IMG/VR virus record: IMGVR_UViG_3300006077_000373
Span: 1-40,956 of that record
Length of the DNA: 40,956 bases
Strand: one strand, 5' to 3'
DNA from: a virus
Lineage: Duplodnaviria > Caudoviricetes
In this document: piece after piece, positions 15,836 through 25,748 of the stretch
How the letters are laid out: every line of letters starts with the position of its first letter
Position numbering within the stretch: the first letter of the stretch is position 1
Notes under the pieces: model-generated
What the model was told of the DNA's origin: nothing
Databases searched by the model: none
The model's input: the letters and a program-made list of their open reading frames with translations, nothing else
Program-made: the position numbers and the translations under genes

Positions 15836-15984
15836 GCCTCGAGTGCCGCACACAGCTTGCGCTGCGCCGCCGGATTGACGAGTTCCTGGCTTGGGGCTGG
15901 GTAATCTCCAGTCGCAATCCCTTGACCCTTGAGCGTGGCCGGATGCGCAGGCAGCTGCGCCACGGCTGCATCGTGGAGGCCTGA
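15832..15984 (+). CDS. Small hypothetical protein (50 aa)
   Basis: ATGA overlap with the P stop; MSLECRTQLALRRRIDEFLAWGW... Confidence 0.55.
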   Translation: MSLECRTQLALRRRIDEFLAWGWVISSRNPLTLERGRMRRQLRHGCIVEA

Positions 15985-16077
15985 ATGGACGAGGACCTGA
16001 CTCCGCTGCGGGCTGTGCTGATTGCTATCGGCATTCCTGCTGCGGTTGGGCTGATTGCCTGGGTGGTGTTCGCATGA
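15985..16077 (+). CDS. Small single-TM protein (30 aa)
   Basis: GGAGG SD; MDEDLTPLRAVLIAIGIPAAVGLIAWVVFA; stop overlaps the next ATG. Confidence 0.5.
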   Translation: MDEDLTPLRAVLIAIGIPAAVGLIAWVVFA

Positions 16078-16328
16078 GCCCAGAGCATCGCGCTGCCATC
16101 CGCCAGGGCGTGAATCTGGCGACCTTGCCGGACGAGGTGCGCAACGAGATTGCAGGCGAGCGAATCATGGCCATGGCCCGCGCGACCGAAGTGAAGCGCA
16201 AGGCGGCTGAGCTGTTCGAGATACGCGGGCAGCGCATGAAGGTCGAGCGCGAGTTACACGGCCTGGGTGATCTGGCGCCTGCCGTGCGGGCAGAGCTGAA
16301 CAAGCTGATCGAGAGGCGCAAACGGTGA
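16074..16328 (+). CDS. Hypothetical phage protein
   Basis: Coupled to both neighbours. Confidence 0.7.
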   Translation: MSPEHRAAIRQGVNLATLPDEVRNEIAGERIMAMARATEVKRKAAELFEIRGQRMKVERELHGLGDLAPAVRAELNKLIERRKR

Positions 16329-17338
16329 AGGCAGTTGGTGAGGTTGTGACGTGGTGGCTGTCGCGCATCGAGGGCGATAAGGCGCGGTCGGAGAAGTACC
16401 GGCGCAGCATGGGCAGCCTGATGCGCAAGCACGTGCTGCCGCGCGTGGGCAAGGTGCCGCTGCGAAAGGTCGACCGGGTGCTGCTGGACGACAAGCTGGT
16501 GTTCCCGATGCACCAGGAGCTGGCACCGCGCTCGGTGCAGAAGGCGCTGCAGGCGATGGGGCAGGCATTCCGAATGGCCGAGGGGCAGGGGCGCATCGAT
16601 TCAAACCCGCTTGCTGGCGTGACGTTCCGCGATTTCTACAAGGGCAAGCTGAGGCCGAAGCCGGCGGCGCTGTCGCGTGTTGACCTGCAGGAGCTGGTGC
16701 CGCACCTGGTGGCGGTGTTCAAGGCTGACCCGGCCAAGGGCATGCTGCCGCTGATGATGCTGGCGCACGGAACCCGGATATCCGAGACGCTGCAGGCCCG
16801 GTGGGCTCATGTGTCGCTTGATGAGCGGGTGTGGGTGATCCCTGAATCGAACACCAAGAGCCGTCGCGAGCATGTGTTGCCACTGACGCCGCAAGTGCTG
16901 GCGCTGCTGCAGCGGTACCGGGAGGCGTTGCCAGACCCACGACTCAAGGCGGCATGGCTGTTCCCGGTGCGTGGTGGCGAGCGGATGGCCGATACCAGCG
17001 CCCACGCCCTGATGCGCCAGGTGAGCGGCCGGAAGTGGACAAGCCATGACCTGCGCAAACTGATGCGCTCCAGCCTGGCCGACATTGGCGTTGACCACAT
17101 GGTGGGCGAGCTGCTGATCAACCACACCCTTGGCGTGACCGCTGAAACCTACCTGACCCGCGATGCCATGGAGCGTCGGCGGGAGGCGTTGGAGCGGTGG
17201 CATAACCGGCTGGATGAGCTGGGATTTGCCGAGGCGCACGGTGCAAAAGTGGCTGTTCCTGCATTTCTGCCAAATGGCGCAAACCCAGAGCAGGCGGGCG
17301 ATTGCGCTGATTCCTGCGTTTCTACACGGAGAGGATGA
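16325..17338 (+). CDS. Second tyrosine recombinase
   Basis: HGTRISE, NTKS, SHDLRK, LINH, ETYL give a full R-K-H-R-H-Y set. Confidence 0.85.
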   Translation: MKAVGEVVTWWLSRIEGDKARSEKYRRSMGSLMRKHVLPRVGKVPLRKVDRVLLDDKLVFPMHQELAPRSVQKALQAMGQAFRMAEGQGRIDSNPLAGVTFRDFYKGKLRPKPAALSRVDLQELVPHLVAVFKADPAKGMLPLMMLAHGTRISETLQARWAHVSLDERVWVIPESNTKSRREHVLPLTPQVLALLQRYREALPDPRLKAAWLFPVRGGERMADTSAHALMRQVSGRKWTSHDLRKLMRSSLADIGVDHMVGELLINHTLGVTAETYLTRDAMERRREALERWHNRLDELGFAEAHGAKVAVPAFLPNGANPEQAGDCADSCVSTRRG

Positions 17339-17342
17339 AGAT

Positions 17343-17696
17343 ATGCGGAAACAGGCCTCAGCTGTGACGAAGATGCAGGCGCTCGGACGCCTCAAGGCAG
17401 GCAAGCAGAACAAGACGGAAGCGGCCTATGACCGACACTTGGCAGTGCTGCAGGCTGCCGGTGAGGTGGCTTGGTATCGCTTCGAAGGCATCAAGCTGCG
17501 GCTGGCTGACAACACGTTCTATTCGCCGGACTTCGCGGTTATGCGCTCGGACGGACTGATGGAGATTCACGAGGTGAAGGGGCATTGGACGGATGACGCC
17601 AGGGTGAAGATCAAGGTGGCCGCTGAACAGTACCCGTTCGTTTTCATCGCGGTGAAGAAGAAGGCCGCCGGCTGGGAGGTTGAACGCTTTGACTGA
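17343..17696 (+). CDS. PD-(D/E)xK endonuclease (DUF1064-like)
   Basis: NKTEAAY...YSPDF...HEVKG. Confidence 0.75.
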   Translation: MRKQASAVTKMQALGRLKAGKQNKTEAAYDRHLAVLQAAGEVAWYRFEGIKLRLADNTFYSPDFAVMRSDGLMEIHEVKGHWTDDARVKIKVAAEQYPFVFIAVKKKAAGWEVERFD

Positions 17697-17892
17697 TCGC
17701 ATCGACTGGGAGCGGGTCGAGCCTGGGCTTGATCTATGGGAGACCTGCGACGGATACCGTCGCACGGTTGAGGTAATGCGGGGTGAGCGGGTGTTTGTGG
17801 TCAATGGGCCAGGTGGTGAGCTGCTGTTCACCAGCCCAGACCCTGATCAGTTGGACCGGTGTGTGGAAATCCATCGTAAGGAGCAAGCGTGA
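17680..17892 (+). CDS. Hypothetical phage protein
   Basis: GGGAGG SD with TTG start; coupled. Confidence 0.55.
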   Translation: MNALTDRIDWERVEPGLDLWETCDGYRRTVEVMRGERVFVVNGPGGELLFTSPDPDQLDRCVEIHRKEQA

Positions 17893-18182
17893 CAAGTCGG
17901 TGTGACATGGTGGAGCCGGAAGTGTGCAAGGCATGCAACGGCAAAGGCACAACGATGGGCATTTTCCATCAGCTGGACTGCGTGGCCTGCGATGGCATCG
18001 GCTGGCTGCCGGTGGCGGGACAGGATCTGGCCCAGCAACTCGGGCGGCAGCTGACCCGGCAGATTGCTCGGGCCAACATCCTGCAGGCGCTGGTGCAGTC
18101 CCGCGGCGGGCCCCAGGGTGCAGAGCGTGATTATCAGCCCAGCCGGCGCGATGGCGTGCTCGGCCACTACACGGGGGATTGA
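17889..18182 (+). CDS. Zinc-finger protein (DnaJ-like CxxCxGxG x2)
   Basis: CKACNGKG and CVACDGIG. Confidence 0.65.
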   Translation: MTSRCDMVEPEVCKACNGKGTTMGIFHQLDCVACDGIGWLPVAGQDLAQQLGRQLTRQIARANILQALVQSRGGPQGAERDYQPSRRDGVLGHYTGD

Positions 18183-18185
18183 TCC

Positions 18186-18710
18186 ATGATCTACAGAGAC
18201 GCAGGGCACTGCATTGCGCGAGTGATGTCGATCGAGACCAACGATGGCACGGCAAAGGCTGGGTGGCAGATGCGGTATCAGTCGGGATTCCCTGAAACGC
18301 GGGGTGAAGGGTCAGGGCTGAGTGCTGAGGAACGCCTGACTCAGGACGCGATGACACGGGGAATGCTGCATCGGGAGCTGACAGAGCTGCAGTGGAATGT
18401 GCTGGTGGCCAAGTACAGCATCAATGACCGAGAGGTGGCTGATGCGGTGCGCTGGCTGATACCCCGCGTAGAGTCGCCAGCGCACAGGCTGTTCGTAACC
18501 AAGGCGGTGACAGCTTGGGCGGTGCCGAAGCGCTTGCCGGCCGCTTTCTACGTGCTGCACAGCTGGGATAGTGACGGAACTCCAGAGCGTACCCTGCGCC
18601 ACTGGCGGCAGATGATTAACCGCTGGCTGGGCAAGACTGTTGATAGCGCATTCAGTAGTGCTGAGATAACGCTGCGAGATAGTGGCCTGCTCACTGAGAA
18701 GGCCGCTTGA
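18186..18710 (+). CDS. Putative late antiterminator Q-like protein
   Basis: Last early gene, followed by a promoter and tandem terminators; C-terminal HTH-like PERTLRHW. Confidence 0.6.
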   Translation: MIYRDAGHCIARVMSIETNDGTAKAGWQMRYQSGFPETRGEGSGLSAEERLTQDAMTRGMLHRELTELQWNVLVAKYSINDREVADAVRWLIPRVESPAHRLFVTKAVTAWAVPKRLPAAFYVLHSWDSDGTPERTLRHWRQMINRWLGKTVDSAFSSAEITLRDSGLLTEKAA

Positions 18711-18736
18711 CAGTCCTGCCATCTTGCCGGATGATT
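18707..18736 (+). promoter_or_regulatory. Late promoter pR'-like
   Basis: TTGACA at the Q stop, 17-nt spacer containing a TGCC repeat, weak -10 GATGAT. Confidence 0.55.
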
Positions 18737-18870
18737 AACCAATCTGCGGTGACTATGCCTTATACGATAGGTTGAAGCCCGCAGTGTCGACACCTGAAAT
18801 GAAAGCGACTGATCATCGTTAGTAAAAAGTGGTGTGACCTCAAGGGGGAGAGTCCCCTTGGATTAATTCA

Positions 18871-18944
18871 AAAGCCCTGGCCATTGCGCCGGGGTTTTTT
18901 TATGCCCGTTTCACAGCCCGCCACTGAGCGGGCTTTTTCGTTTT
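18871..18944 (+). terminator. Tandem terminators before the late genes
   Basis: AGCCCTGG...CCGGGGTTTTTTT and AGCCCGCCACTGAGCGGGCTTTTT. Confidence 0.7.
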
Positions 18945-18982
18945 GGCCTCATGCGTGTGGCCTCTCTGGATGGAGACACACA

Positions 18983-19360
18983 ATGACCGATATCAGCAGC
19001 GGCGTGATCGCAGGGGCTGGCGTCGTAGGAGTAACAGCGGCCAGCCTGATTCCTGGTGTTGACCTTGAGGCTGTGATCGGCGCCTTCGCTGGCGCGCTGT
19101 TCTTCATGGTTTTCTCAAAGGACCTGAGCTGGGTAGCCAGGGCTGGCTACTTCGTCTTCTCGTGGATCACCGGCTACTTCGTGTCGGCAGAGGTGGTCGG
19201 GCGCGGCTGGACTGAGACCGCGGCCATCCCAGCGCTGTTCGGCGGCCTGTTCTCGGTTGTCGTCTGCATCAGCCTGATGGAATGGGTTCAGGGAGGGAAA
19301 ACACCTGGCTGGATCGCCACTATCGCCGATCTGATTGCCAGAGGCCGCAATGATGGTTGA
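18983..19360 (+). CDS. Putative holin
   Basis: Several TM segments, VIGAFAGALFF motif; first late gene. Confidence 0.75.
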   Translation: MTDISSGVIAGAGVVGVTAASLIPGVDLEAVIGAFAGALFFMVFSKDLSWVARAGYFVFSWITGYFVSAEVVGRGWTETAAIPALFGGLFSVVVCISLMEWVQGGKTPGWIATIADLIARGRNDG

Positions 19361-19640
19361 TCTGTCCACGCTGCTCGCATCGATGCTGTGTGGCGCGATC
19401 TGTTGGCGTGTTGCCACGTTTCGCCGACAGGGTGCTCGCTACCGCCTCGGCATGAGCCTGTGTGCGTACCTGCTCGCTGTTGGCACTGGCGGCTACTCGC
19501 TAAGCGTTGCACTGGCCCCGTTGACAGGACACGAGGTGGAGCCGGTGAGCCCGTTCCTGCTGATCGTATTCGTGATCCTTGCGGTCATGGTCTGGCGGTC
19601 TCGGGGCAATGTGGCCACGGTGCTGAGGAAGGCGGGCTGA
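19350..19640 (+). CDS. Phage holin-family membrane protein
   Basis: Three TM segments; FRRQGARYR and RGNVA motifs. Confidence 0.7.
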   Translation: MMVDLSTLLASMLCGAICWRVATFRRQGARYRLGMSLCAYLLAVGTGGYSLSVALAPLTGHEVEPVSPFLLIVFVILAVMVWRSRGNVATVLRKAG

Positions 19641-20032
19641 TGGGTGCCAGACCCAGTAAGCCATGCGCATGGGCTGGGTGCAGGGTTCTGGTGTCAGGTG
19701 TCAGCCACTGCCAGCTACACGCGCCTATGGCTGCAGAGCGCCGCGCTAAGCAGCTGAAGCGGGCGCACAAGCAGTACAACACCCGCCGCGATGACTCTGA
19801 TGGGTTCTACAAGACTGAGCGCTGGCGGAAGTTCAGGGCTGTCTACATCAAGCGGCACCCGCTGTGCTGTGAGTGTGAGGCGGCAGGCAGGGTTACGGCT
19901 GCAGTCATCGTTGACCACATCAAGCCATTCAAGACTCACCCGGAGCTTGGGCTGGCGTGGGACAACGTGCGCGCCCTGTGCCGTCCATGCCACAACAGGA
20001 TTGGCGCCAAGGTCGGTCTGACTGGCGCGTGA
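19640..20032 (+). CDS. HNH endonuclease (terminase-associated, HK97 gp74-like)
   Basis: FYKTERW...PLCCEC...VDHIKP...WDNVRALCRPCHN; directly upstream of terS. Confidence 0.9.
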   Translation: MGARPSKPCAWAGCRVLVSGVSHCQLHAPMAAERRAKQLKRAHKQYNTRRDDSDGFYKTERWRKFRAVYIKRHPLCCECEAAGRVTAAVIVDHIKPFKTHPELGLAWDNVRALCRPCHNRIGAKVGLTGA

Positions 20033-20094
20033 GGATGCACCAACTCGGTGCGAAATTAGAGATTTAAGCTAAAGCATGAAGAGGGCTCTGGCCG

Positions 20095-20175
20095 AAATCG
20101 TCGAGGGGGAGGGGGAGGGTCAAAACCTCCAGCTTTTTGCTTACCGAACGACGGGGGGAACCGTTTTTATGCTTC
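20095..20175. other. Probable cos region
   Basis: Intergenic HNH-terS position with GGGGGAGGGTCAAAA and CGAACGACGGGGGG, as in HK97-type cos phages; exact cut site not determined. Confidence 0.45.
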
Positions 20176-20199
20176 CGCAAAATTCGCATTCCGGAAATT

Positions 20200-20580
20200 A
20201 TGGCCAGACCACGCAAACCAACCAACGTCCTTGAGGCATCAGGCGCGTTCCGAAAGGACCCGCAACGCCGTCGCCAGGACGCTGAAACCGTTGGGCCTCT
20301 GACCAAAGCGCCCGCGCATCTTGGTGGCGGCGTCCTGCATGCCTGGAACGAGATCAGCAGGTTCGCGCCGCGCGATGTGCTGAGTGACTCCGACCGGATT
20401 GCGCTGGAGGTGGCGGCAACCCTGCTCGCCCAGTTCCGCGAAGACCCGGCAGAGTTTCCAGCCACCAAGCTGGTCAGGCTTGAGGCGCTGCTCGGCAAGT
20501 TCGGCATGACGCCGGCAGACCGCGCCAAGGTTGGCGGCAAGAAGGAAAAGCCGAAAGGCAACCCGTTTGAGTCTCTCTGA
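20200..20580 (+). CDS. terS: Terminase small subunit
   Basis: MARPRKPT...G; FGMTPADRAKV. Confidence 0.85.
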   Translation: MARPRKPTNVLEASGAFRKDPQRRRQDAETVGPLTKAPAHLGGGVLHAWNEISRFAPRDVLSDSDRIALEVAATLLAQFREDPAEFPATKLVRLEALLGKFGMTPADRAKVGGKKEKPKGNPFESL

Positions 20581-22292
20581 TGGCTGCAAAAGCAAAGCCG
20601 CCCGGCGTGAAGGCTGCCGAGGCATACGCGCGCGCCGTCGTTGCGGGGAAGGTTCCGGCCTGCAAGTGGATCAAGCTGGCGTGCAAACGTCACCTCGATG
20701 ACCTGAAAGCGTCGAAGGCCAAGGACTTTCCGTATACCTTCGACCCGGCCAAGGCCGAGCGGGTGGCCAAGTTCCTGCAGCTGCTGCCGCACACCAAGGG
20801 GCGCTGGGCGAGTAAGCGCGAGAACATCAAGCTGGAGCCATGGCAGCTGTTCTCGATCTGTATCCCGTTTGGGTGGATCCGCAAGAAGGACGGCACCAGG
20901 CGCTACCGGACGATTGTGATCTTCGTGCCACGCAAGAACGGCAAGTCGATCATTGGCGGCGGGCTCGGGATCTACATGTTCACCGCTGATGGCGAGTTCG
21001 GCGCCGAGGTCTACAGCGGCGCAACAACCGAGAAGCAGGCCTGGGAAGTATTCCGCCCAGCCAAGCTGATGGTCGAGCGCACGCCAGACCTCAAGGACTT
21101 CTACGGCGTCGACGTGAATGCGTCGAACATGTGTCGGATTGAGGACGGCTCCAGATTTGAACCTGTGATCGGCAAGCCTGGTGACGGCAGCTCCCCGTCC
21201 TGCGCCATCGTGGATGAGTACCACGAGCACCAGGACAGCACACTGTACGACACCATGGAGACCGGCATGGGCTCCCGCGAGCAACCGGTGATGCTGGTCA
21301 TCACCACCGCCGGTTCCAGCATCGGCGGCCCGTGTCACCAACTGGTGCGCGATGCCGAGCGCATGCTGGAAGGTGCGATCGACCGGCCCGACCTCTGGGC
21401 GATGCTCTACACCATCGACAAGGACGACGACTGGACGGACGAGAAGGCGCTGATCAAGGCCAACCCGAACTACGGGGTCTCGATCAGCGCGGACTTCCTG
21501 CAGGCCCGCCAGCGGGACGCCATGCAGTCAGCGGCCAAGCAGGCCACGTTTCGCACCAAGCATCTGAATGAATGGGTTGGCGCCAAGAACGCCTGGCTGA
21601 ACATGCTGCGCTGGAAGGAGGCCCCGCCGCGCAAGTCGCTCGCAGAGCTGGAGGGGCGGCCCTGCATCATCGGCCTGGACCTTGCCAGCAAGATCGACAT
21701 TGCAGGCTTGCTGCTCGTGTTCCCGCCCGTCGAAGGCGACCCGGTCTGGCACGTTCACGGGCGTTACTACCTGCCAGAGGCGCGGGTGGTCGAGGAGCTG
21801 GACAGCAACACCGCGCGCTATCGCGAGTTCGATGCGCTCGGCCTGCTGACCCTGACTGATGGCGAGGTCATCGAGTACGAGGTCATCAAGGAAGATTTGC
21901 GCGAGTTCGCTGGCCGCTTCGATGTGCTTGAGGTCGCCTATGACCCATGGCAAGCCACTCAGCTCGGGCAGGAAATGCAGGCCGAGGGGCTGCTGATGGT
22001 CGAGGTTCGCCAGACCGTCCAAAACCTCAGCGAGCCGATGAAGGAAGTGGAAGCGCTGGTGCTGCAGAAGAAGTTGGCTCACGGCGACTGCCCGATCCTC
22101 ACTTGGATGGCCAGCAACGTCGTCGCCAAGCTGGACGCGAAGGACAACATCTACCCGAACAAAGAGCGTCCCGAGAACAAGATCGACGGGATCGTGGCGC
22201 TCATCACGGCCATGTGCCGCGCCATCTCTCCGGAAGAGGCGGGGCCAGACCTATCGAAACACATCATGGAACACGGGGTTCGCACGCTATGA
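20580..22292 (+). CDS. terL: Terminase large subunit
   Basis: LEPWQ, VPRKNGKS (Walker A), IVDEYH (Walker B), ITTAG, GLDLA, KIDGIVA. Confidence 0.97.
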   Translation: MAAKAKPPGVKAAEAYARAVVAGKVPACKWIKLACKRHLDDLKASKAKDFPYTFDPAKAERVAKFLQLLPHTKGRWASKRENIKLEPWQLFSICIPFGWIRKKDGTRRYRTIVIFVPRKNGKSIIGGGLGIYMFTADGEFGAEVYSGATTEKQAWEVFRPAKLMVERTPDLKDFYGVDVNASNMCRIEDGSRFEPVIGKPGDGSSPSCAIVDEYHEHQDSTLYDTMETGMGSREQPVMLVITTAGSSIGGPCHQLVRDAERMLEGAIDRPDLWAMLYTIDKDDDWTDEKALIKANPNYGVSISADFLQARQRDAMQSAAKQATFRTKHLNEWVGAKNAWLNMLRWKEAPPRKSLAELEGRPCIIGLDLASKIDIAGLLLVFPPVEGDPVWHVHGRYYLPEARVVEELDSNTARYREFDALGLLTLTDGEVIEYEVIKEDLREFAGRFDVLEVAYDPWQATQLGQEMQAEGLLMVEVRQTVQNLSEPMKEVEALVLQKKLAHGDCPILTWMASNVVAKLDAKDNIYPNKERPENKIDGIVALITAMCRAISPEEAGPDLSKHIMEHGVRTL

Positions 22293-22453
22293 CTCAGCGT
22301 ATTCGGCAAGCGCTGCCTGACGCCATCGGGCTGGCTGGCATCGCCAGTGCGACCTGCGGCGGGTGGCAGCTCTTCGGGCAGGCATGGGCCCTGCTGGGGC
22401 TTGGCGTGTTCCTCGTTGCCGTATCCATCGCCGCCGCACTGAGGAAGGCCTGA
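22289..22453 (+). CDS. Small membrane protein between terL and portal
   Basis: ATGA/TGATG coupling; two hydrophobic segments. Confidence 0.65.
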   Translation: MTQRIRQALPDAIGLAGIASATCGGWQLFGQAWALLGLGVFLVAVSIAAALRKA

Positions 22454-23643
22454 TGTTCTCCAGTCTGTTCAGAAAAGAGACACAGATCCTCGACACGCCG
22501 GAGAAGATCGCCGCGGCGCTGCAGGACTACCAGACGGTAACGGGCCAAACCGTGACCACATCGCGCGCCATGCAGATGAGTACCGTGTTCGGCTGCGTCC
22601 GAGTGTTGGCGGAGTCAGTTGGCATGTTGCCCTGCAAGCTGTACCAGGAGGCAGGCAGAGAGCGGAAGGTTGCCACCACCCACAAGACGCATCAGCTCAT
22701 CAGTGTCGCGCCAAACGGCTACATGACAGCCCAGGAGTTCTGGGAGCTGCTGGTCACCTGCCTGTGCTTGCGCGGAAACTTCTACGCCTACAAGGTCGTG
22801 GCGCTCGGCCAGGTGCAGGAGCTGCTGCCGATCAATCCTGGGTCTGTTAAGCCAAAGCTGAACGACGATTGGACAGTCAGCTACGAAGTGACGTTCAAGA
22901 GCGGCGAGACCAAGACGCTCACACAAGATGAGATCTGGCACGTTCGCCTGTTCACGCTGGACGGCCTCAACGGACTTAACCCGATTGCCTATGCCCGACA
23001 AGCGATTGCGCTGGGCCTGTCAACCGAAGAGCACGGCAGCCGTCTGTTTACCAACGGGGCCGTGACTACCGGCGTACTGAAAACAGAGCAGACGCTGACC
23101 GACGAAGCCTTTGGCCGGCTCAAGAAGCAGTTTCACGAAGAGCACGCAGGTGTAGCCAACACCTACAAGCCAATGATTCTGGAGATGGGCCTCGACTGGA
23201 AGCCTATCAGCCTGAACGCGGAAGACAGCCAGTTCCTCGAAACGCGCAAGTATCAGCGCGACGAGATCTGCGCAATCTTCCGGGTGCCGCCGCACCTGGT
23301 CGCCAACCTCGAAAAGGCCACATTCAACAACGTTGAGAACCTTGGCTTGGCGTTTGTGAACTACTCGCTGGTGCCGTATCTCACGCGCATCGAGCACCGC
23401 ATTAAGGTCGGCCTGCTCAAGCAGACTGACCAGGGCAAGCACTACGCCAAGTTCAACGCCGGCGCGTTGCTGCGTGGCGACCTCAAGGGTCGGTACGACT
23501 CCTACGGCAAGGGCATTCAGTGGGGCATTCTCAGCCCGAACGACTGCCGCGAGAACGAAGACATGAACCCGCGCCAAGGCGGCGATATCTACCTGACCCC
23601 AATGAATATGACTACCAAGCCGGAGGCAACAGATGCCGACTAA
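22453..23643 (+). CDS. Portal protein, HK97 family
   Basis: VFGCVRVLAESVG.LP, LRGNFY, GLNPI, QFLETRK, IFRVPPHL. Confidence 0.95.
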   Translation: MFSSLFRKETQILDTPEKIAAALQDYQTVTGQTVTTSRAMQMSTVFGCVRVLAESVGMLPCKLYQEAGRERKVATTHKTHQLISVAPNGYMTAQEFWELLVTCLCLRGNFYAYKVVALGQVQELLPINPGSVKPKLNDDWTVSYEVTFKSGETKTLTQDEIWHVRLFTLDGLNGLNPIAYARQAIALGLSTEEHGSRLFTNGAVTTGVLKTEQTLTDEAFGRLKKQFHEEHAGVANTYKPMILEMGLDWKPISLNAEDSQFLETRKYQRDEICAIFRVPPHLVANLEKATFNNVENLGLAFVNYSLVPYLTRIEHRIKVGLLKQTDQGKHYAKFNAGALLRGDLKGRYDSYGKGIQWGILSPNDCRENEDMNPRQGGDIYLTPMNMTTKPEATDAD

Positions 23644-24283
23644 ACAGCGTCTCGACATTCCGCTGACCGTAAAGAGCGTCAGTGATAGCGGGGAGTTTGA
23701 AGGCTACGGCTCCGTGTTCGGCGTCAAAGACTCCTATTCCGACATCGTGGTGCCGGGCGCCTTCCAGAAGTCGCTTTCTGCATGGCGCGACAAGAAGCAA
23801 CTGCCTGCGATGCTCTGGCAACACAAGATCGACGAGCCGATTGGCATCTACACCGAAATGGCTGAGGACGATATCGGCCTCAAGATTTCCGGCCGCCTGC
23901 TGATCGATGACGACCCGCTGGCCAAGCGTGCTCATGCACACATGAAGGCCGGCAGCCTGTCAGGGCTGTCCATCGGTTACATGCTCAAGGATTGGGAGTA
24001 CGACAAGGACAAAGGCGCGTTTCTGCTCAAAGAGATCGACTTGTGGGAGGTGTCGCTGGTGACCTTCCCGGCAAACGACGAAGCGCGCATTTCGGAAGTG
24101 AAGTCACTGCTGGAGCGGGGCGAAGTCCCGCCGCCCAGCAAAGTGGAGCGAGCCCTTCGAGAGGTTGGGTTTTCTGTCTCCCAGTCCAAGGCCTTCATGG
24201 CCAAGGGCTACGGCGCCATCAACCAGCGCGATGCGGAAGGTGACGCCCTGGATTACCTGAAAACCCTAATGAACCACCTGTAG
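23633..24283 (+). CDS. Prohead protease, HK97 family
   Basis: FEGYGSVF, MLWQH, GLSIGY, LWEVSLVTFPAN. Confidence 0.95.
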   Translation: MPTKQRLDIPLTVKSVSDSGEFEGYGSVFGVKDSYSDIVVPGAFQKSLSAWRDKKQLPAMLWQHKIDEPIGIYTEMAEDDIGLKISGRLLIDDDPLAKRAHAHMKAGSLSGLSIGYMLKDWEYDKDKGAFLLKEIDLWEVSLVTFPANDEARISEVKSLLERGEVPPPSKVERALREVGFSVSQSKAFMAKGYGAINQRDAEGDALDYLKTLMNHL

Positions 24284-24292
24284 GAGGCTACC

Positions 24293-25495
24293 ATGCCCGC
24301 AGATATCCAAGATGTAAAACAGGTTGCCGAAGCGCTCGGCGCCAAATTCGACGAGTTCAAGTCGAACAACGACAAGCGCATGGAGGCCATCGAGGCCGAG
24401 AAGTCAAAGCTGGCCGGCACCGTTGAATCACTCAACGAAAAGCTGAGCGAACTGGACGGTCTCAAGTCCGACCTGGAAAAAGAGATTGCCGCCATCAAGC
24501 GCCCCGGCGCGACTGATGACAAGGCCGTCTCTGAGCACAAGACCGCGTTCATGCAGTTTGTGCGCAAGGGCAAGGATGACGGCCTGGGCGAGCTGCAGGC
24601 CAAGGCGCTGCAAACCACTGTTGACGCCGACGGCGGCTACGCCGTGCCCGAGGAGCTGGACCGCTCCATCCTCGAGCTGCTGCGCGACGAGTCGCCCATG
24701 CGTTCGGTCTGTAATCAGATCACCGTCTCCACTCCGGACTACAAGCGCCTGGTGAATCTGGGCGGCGCTGGTTCTGGCTGGGTTGGTGAGACTGATGCAC
24801 GCCCGGCTACTGGCACGCCGACTCTGGCGCAGATCGCCGCGGTCATGGGTGAAATCTACGCCAACCCGCAGGCCACCCAAACCAGCCTCGACGACCTGTT
24901 CTTCGACGCTGAAGCCTGGCTGACCGCTGAGGTCGCCCGCGAATTCGCCGAGAAGGAAGGCGCCGCGTTCCTGCTTGGGGATGGCACCAACAAGCCGAAA
25001 GGCCTGCTGGCGTACACCCTCAGTACTGATGGTGACGCCACTCGTGCTTTCGGCCAGATTCAGAAGATCGAAACCGGTACCGCAGGCACCTTCACCTCGG
25101 ATCAGCTGATCTCCCTCATCTACGCACTGAAGAAGGGCTACCGCGCCGGCGCCACCTGGATGATGCCGACCACCACGCTCTTCACCGTGCGCACTATGAA
25201 GGACTCCGAGGGTAACTACCTGTGGCGTCCCGGCCTGGAGCAGGGTGCGCCGTCGCTGCTGCTGGGCTACGGCATCACCGAGAACGAGGACATGCCGGCT
25301 GCCGCTGCCGATGCCAATGGCATCATCTTTGGCGACTTCAAGCGTGCCTACACCATCGTGGATCGCATCGGCACCCGCGTGCTGCGCGACCCATTCACCA
25401 ACAAGCCCAACGTCGGCTTTTACACCACCAAGCGCGTCGGCGGCATGCTCGTCGACAGTCAGGCGGTGAAAGTGCTTACCATGGCTGCGCCGTAA
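24293..25495 (+). CDS. Major capsid protein, HK97 family
   Basis: Coiled-coil delta domain, DGGYAVP, WVGE, GDGTNKPKG, FGDF, KRVGG. Confidence 0.97.
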   Translation: MPADIQDVKQVAEALGAKFDEFKSNNDKRMEAIEAEKSKLAGTVESLNEKLSELDGLKSDLEKEIAAIKRPGATDDKAVSEHKTAFMQFVRKGKDDGLGELQAKALQTTVDADGGYAVPEELDRSILELLRDESPMRSVCNQITVSTPDYKRLVNLGGAGSGWVGETDARPATGTPTLAQIAAVMGEIYANPQATQTSLDDLFFDAEAWLTAEVAREFAEKEGAAFLLGDGTNKPKGLLAYTLSTDGDATRAFGQIQKIETGTAGTFTSDQLISLIYALKKGYRAGATWMMPTTTLFTVRTMKDSEGNYLWRPGLEQGAPSLLLGYGITENEDMPAAAADANGIIFGDFKRAYTIVDRIGTRVLRDPFTNKPNVGFYTTKRVGGMLVDSQAVKVLTMAAP

Positions 25496-25500
25496 TCGGC

Positions 25501-25524
25501 AGGGGCGCCTTCGGGCGCCCTTTC
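25501..25524 (+). terminator. Hairpin/terminator after the capsid gene
   Basis: GGGCGCC-TTCG-GGCGCCC then TTT. Confidence 0.6.
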
Positions 25525-25535
25525 TGGAGGTAGTC

Positions 25536-25748
25536 ATGCCAAAGATTCTTGTTACCAAGCCTTTCCCGTTCGCAGTCGACGGCAACCGCGTCGTAAAGAT
25601 TGAGCAGGGGGAGCAAGACGTTTCCGAGCGCTGCGCCGTTGTTGCGGTGGAGCACCTCAAAGTAGCCAGCATGGTTGGCGGGGTAGAAACCGATGATCGA
25701 TCAACAGCTGGTAAAAAAGCACCTGCGCGTCGAACTCGACGAGACTGA
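25536..25748 (+). CDS. Small hypothetical virion-region protein
   Basis: GGAGG SD; typical post-capsid position. Confidence 0.6.
   Translation: MPKILVTKPFPFAVDGNRVVKIEQGEQDVSERCAVVAVEHLKVASMVGGVETDDRSTAGKKAPARRTRRD

Noticed and set aside
18740-18870. Small gene or ncRNA between the late promoter and terminators
   Set aside because: Only very short ORFs and a single hairpin (CAAGGGG/CCCCTTG); explainable as ordinary late leader.
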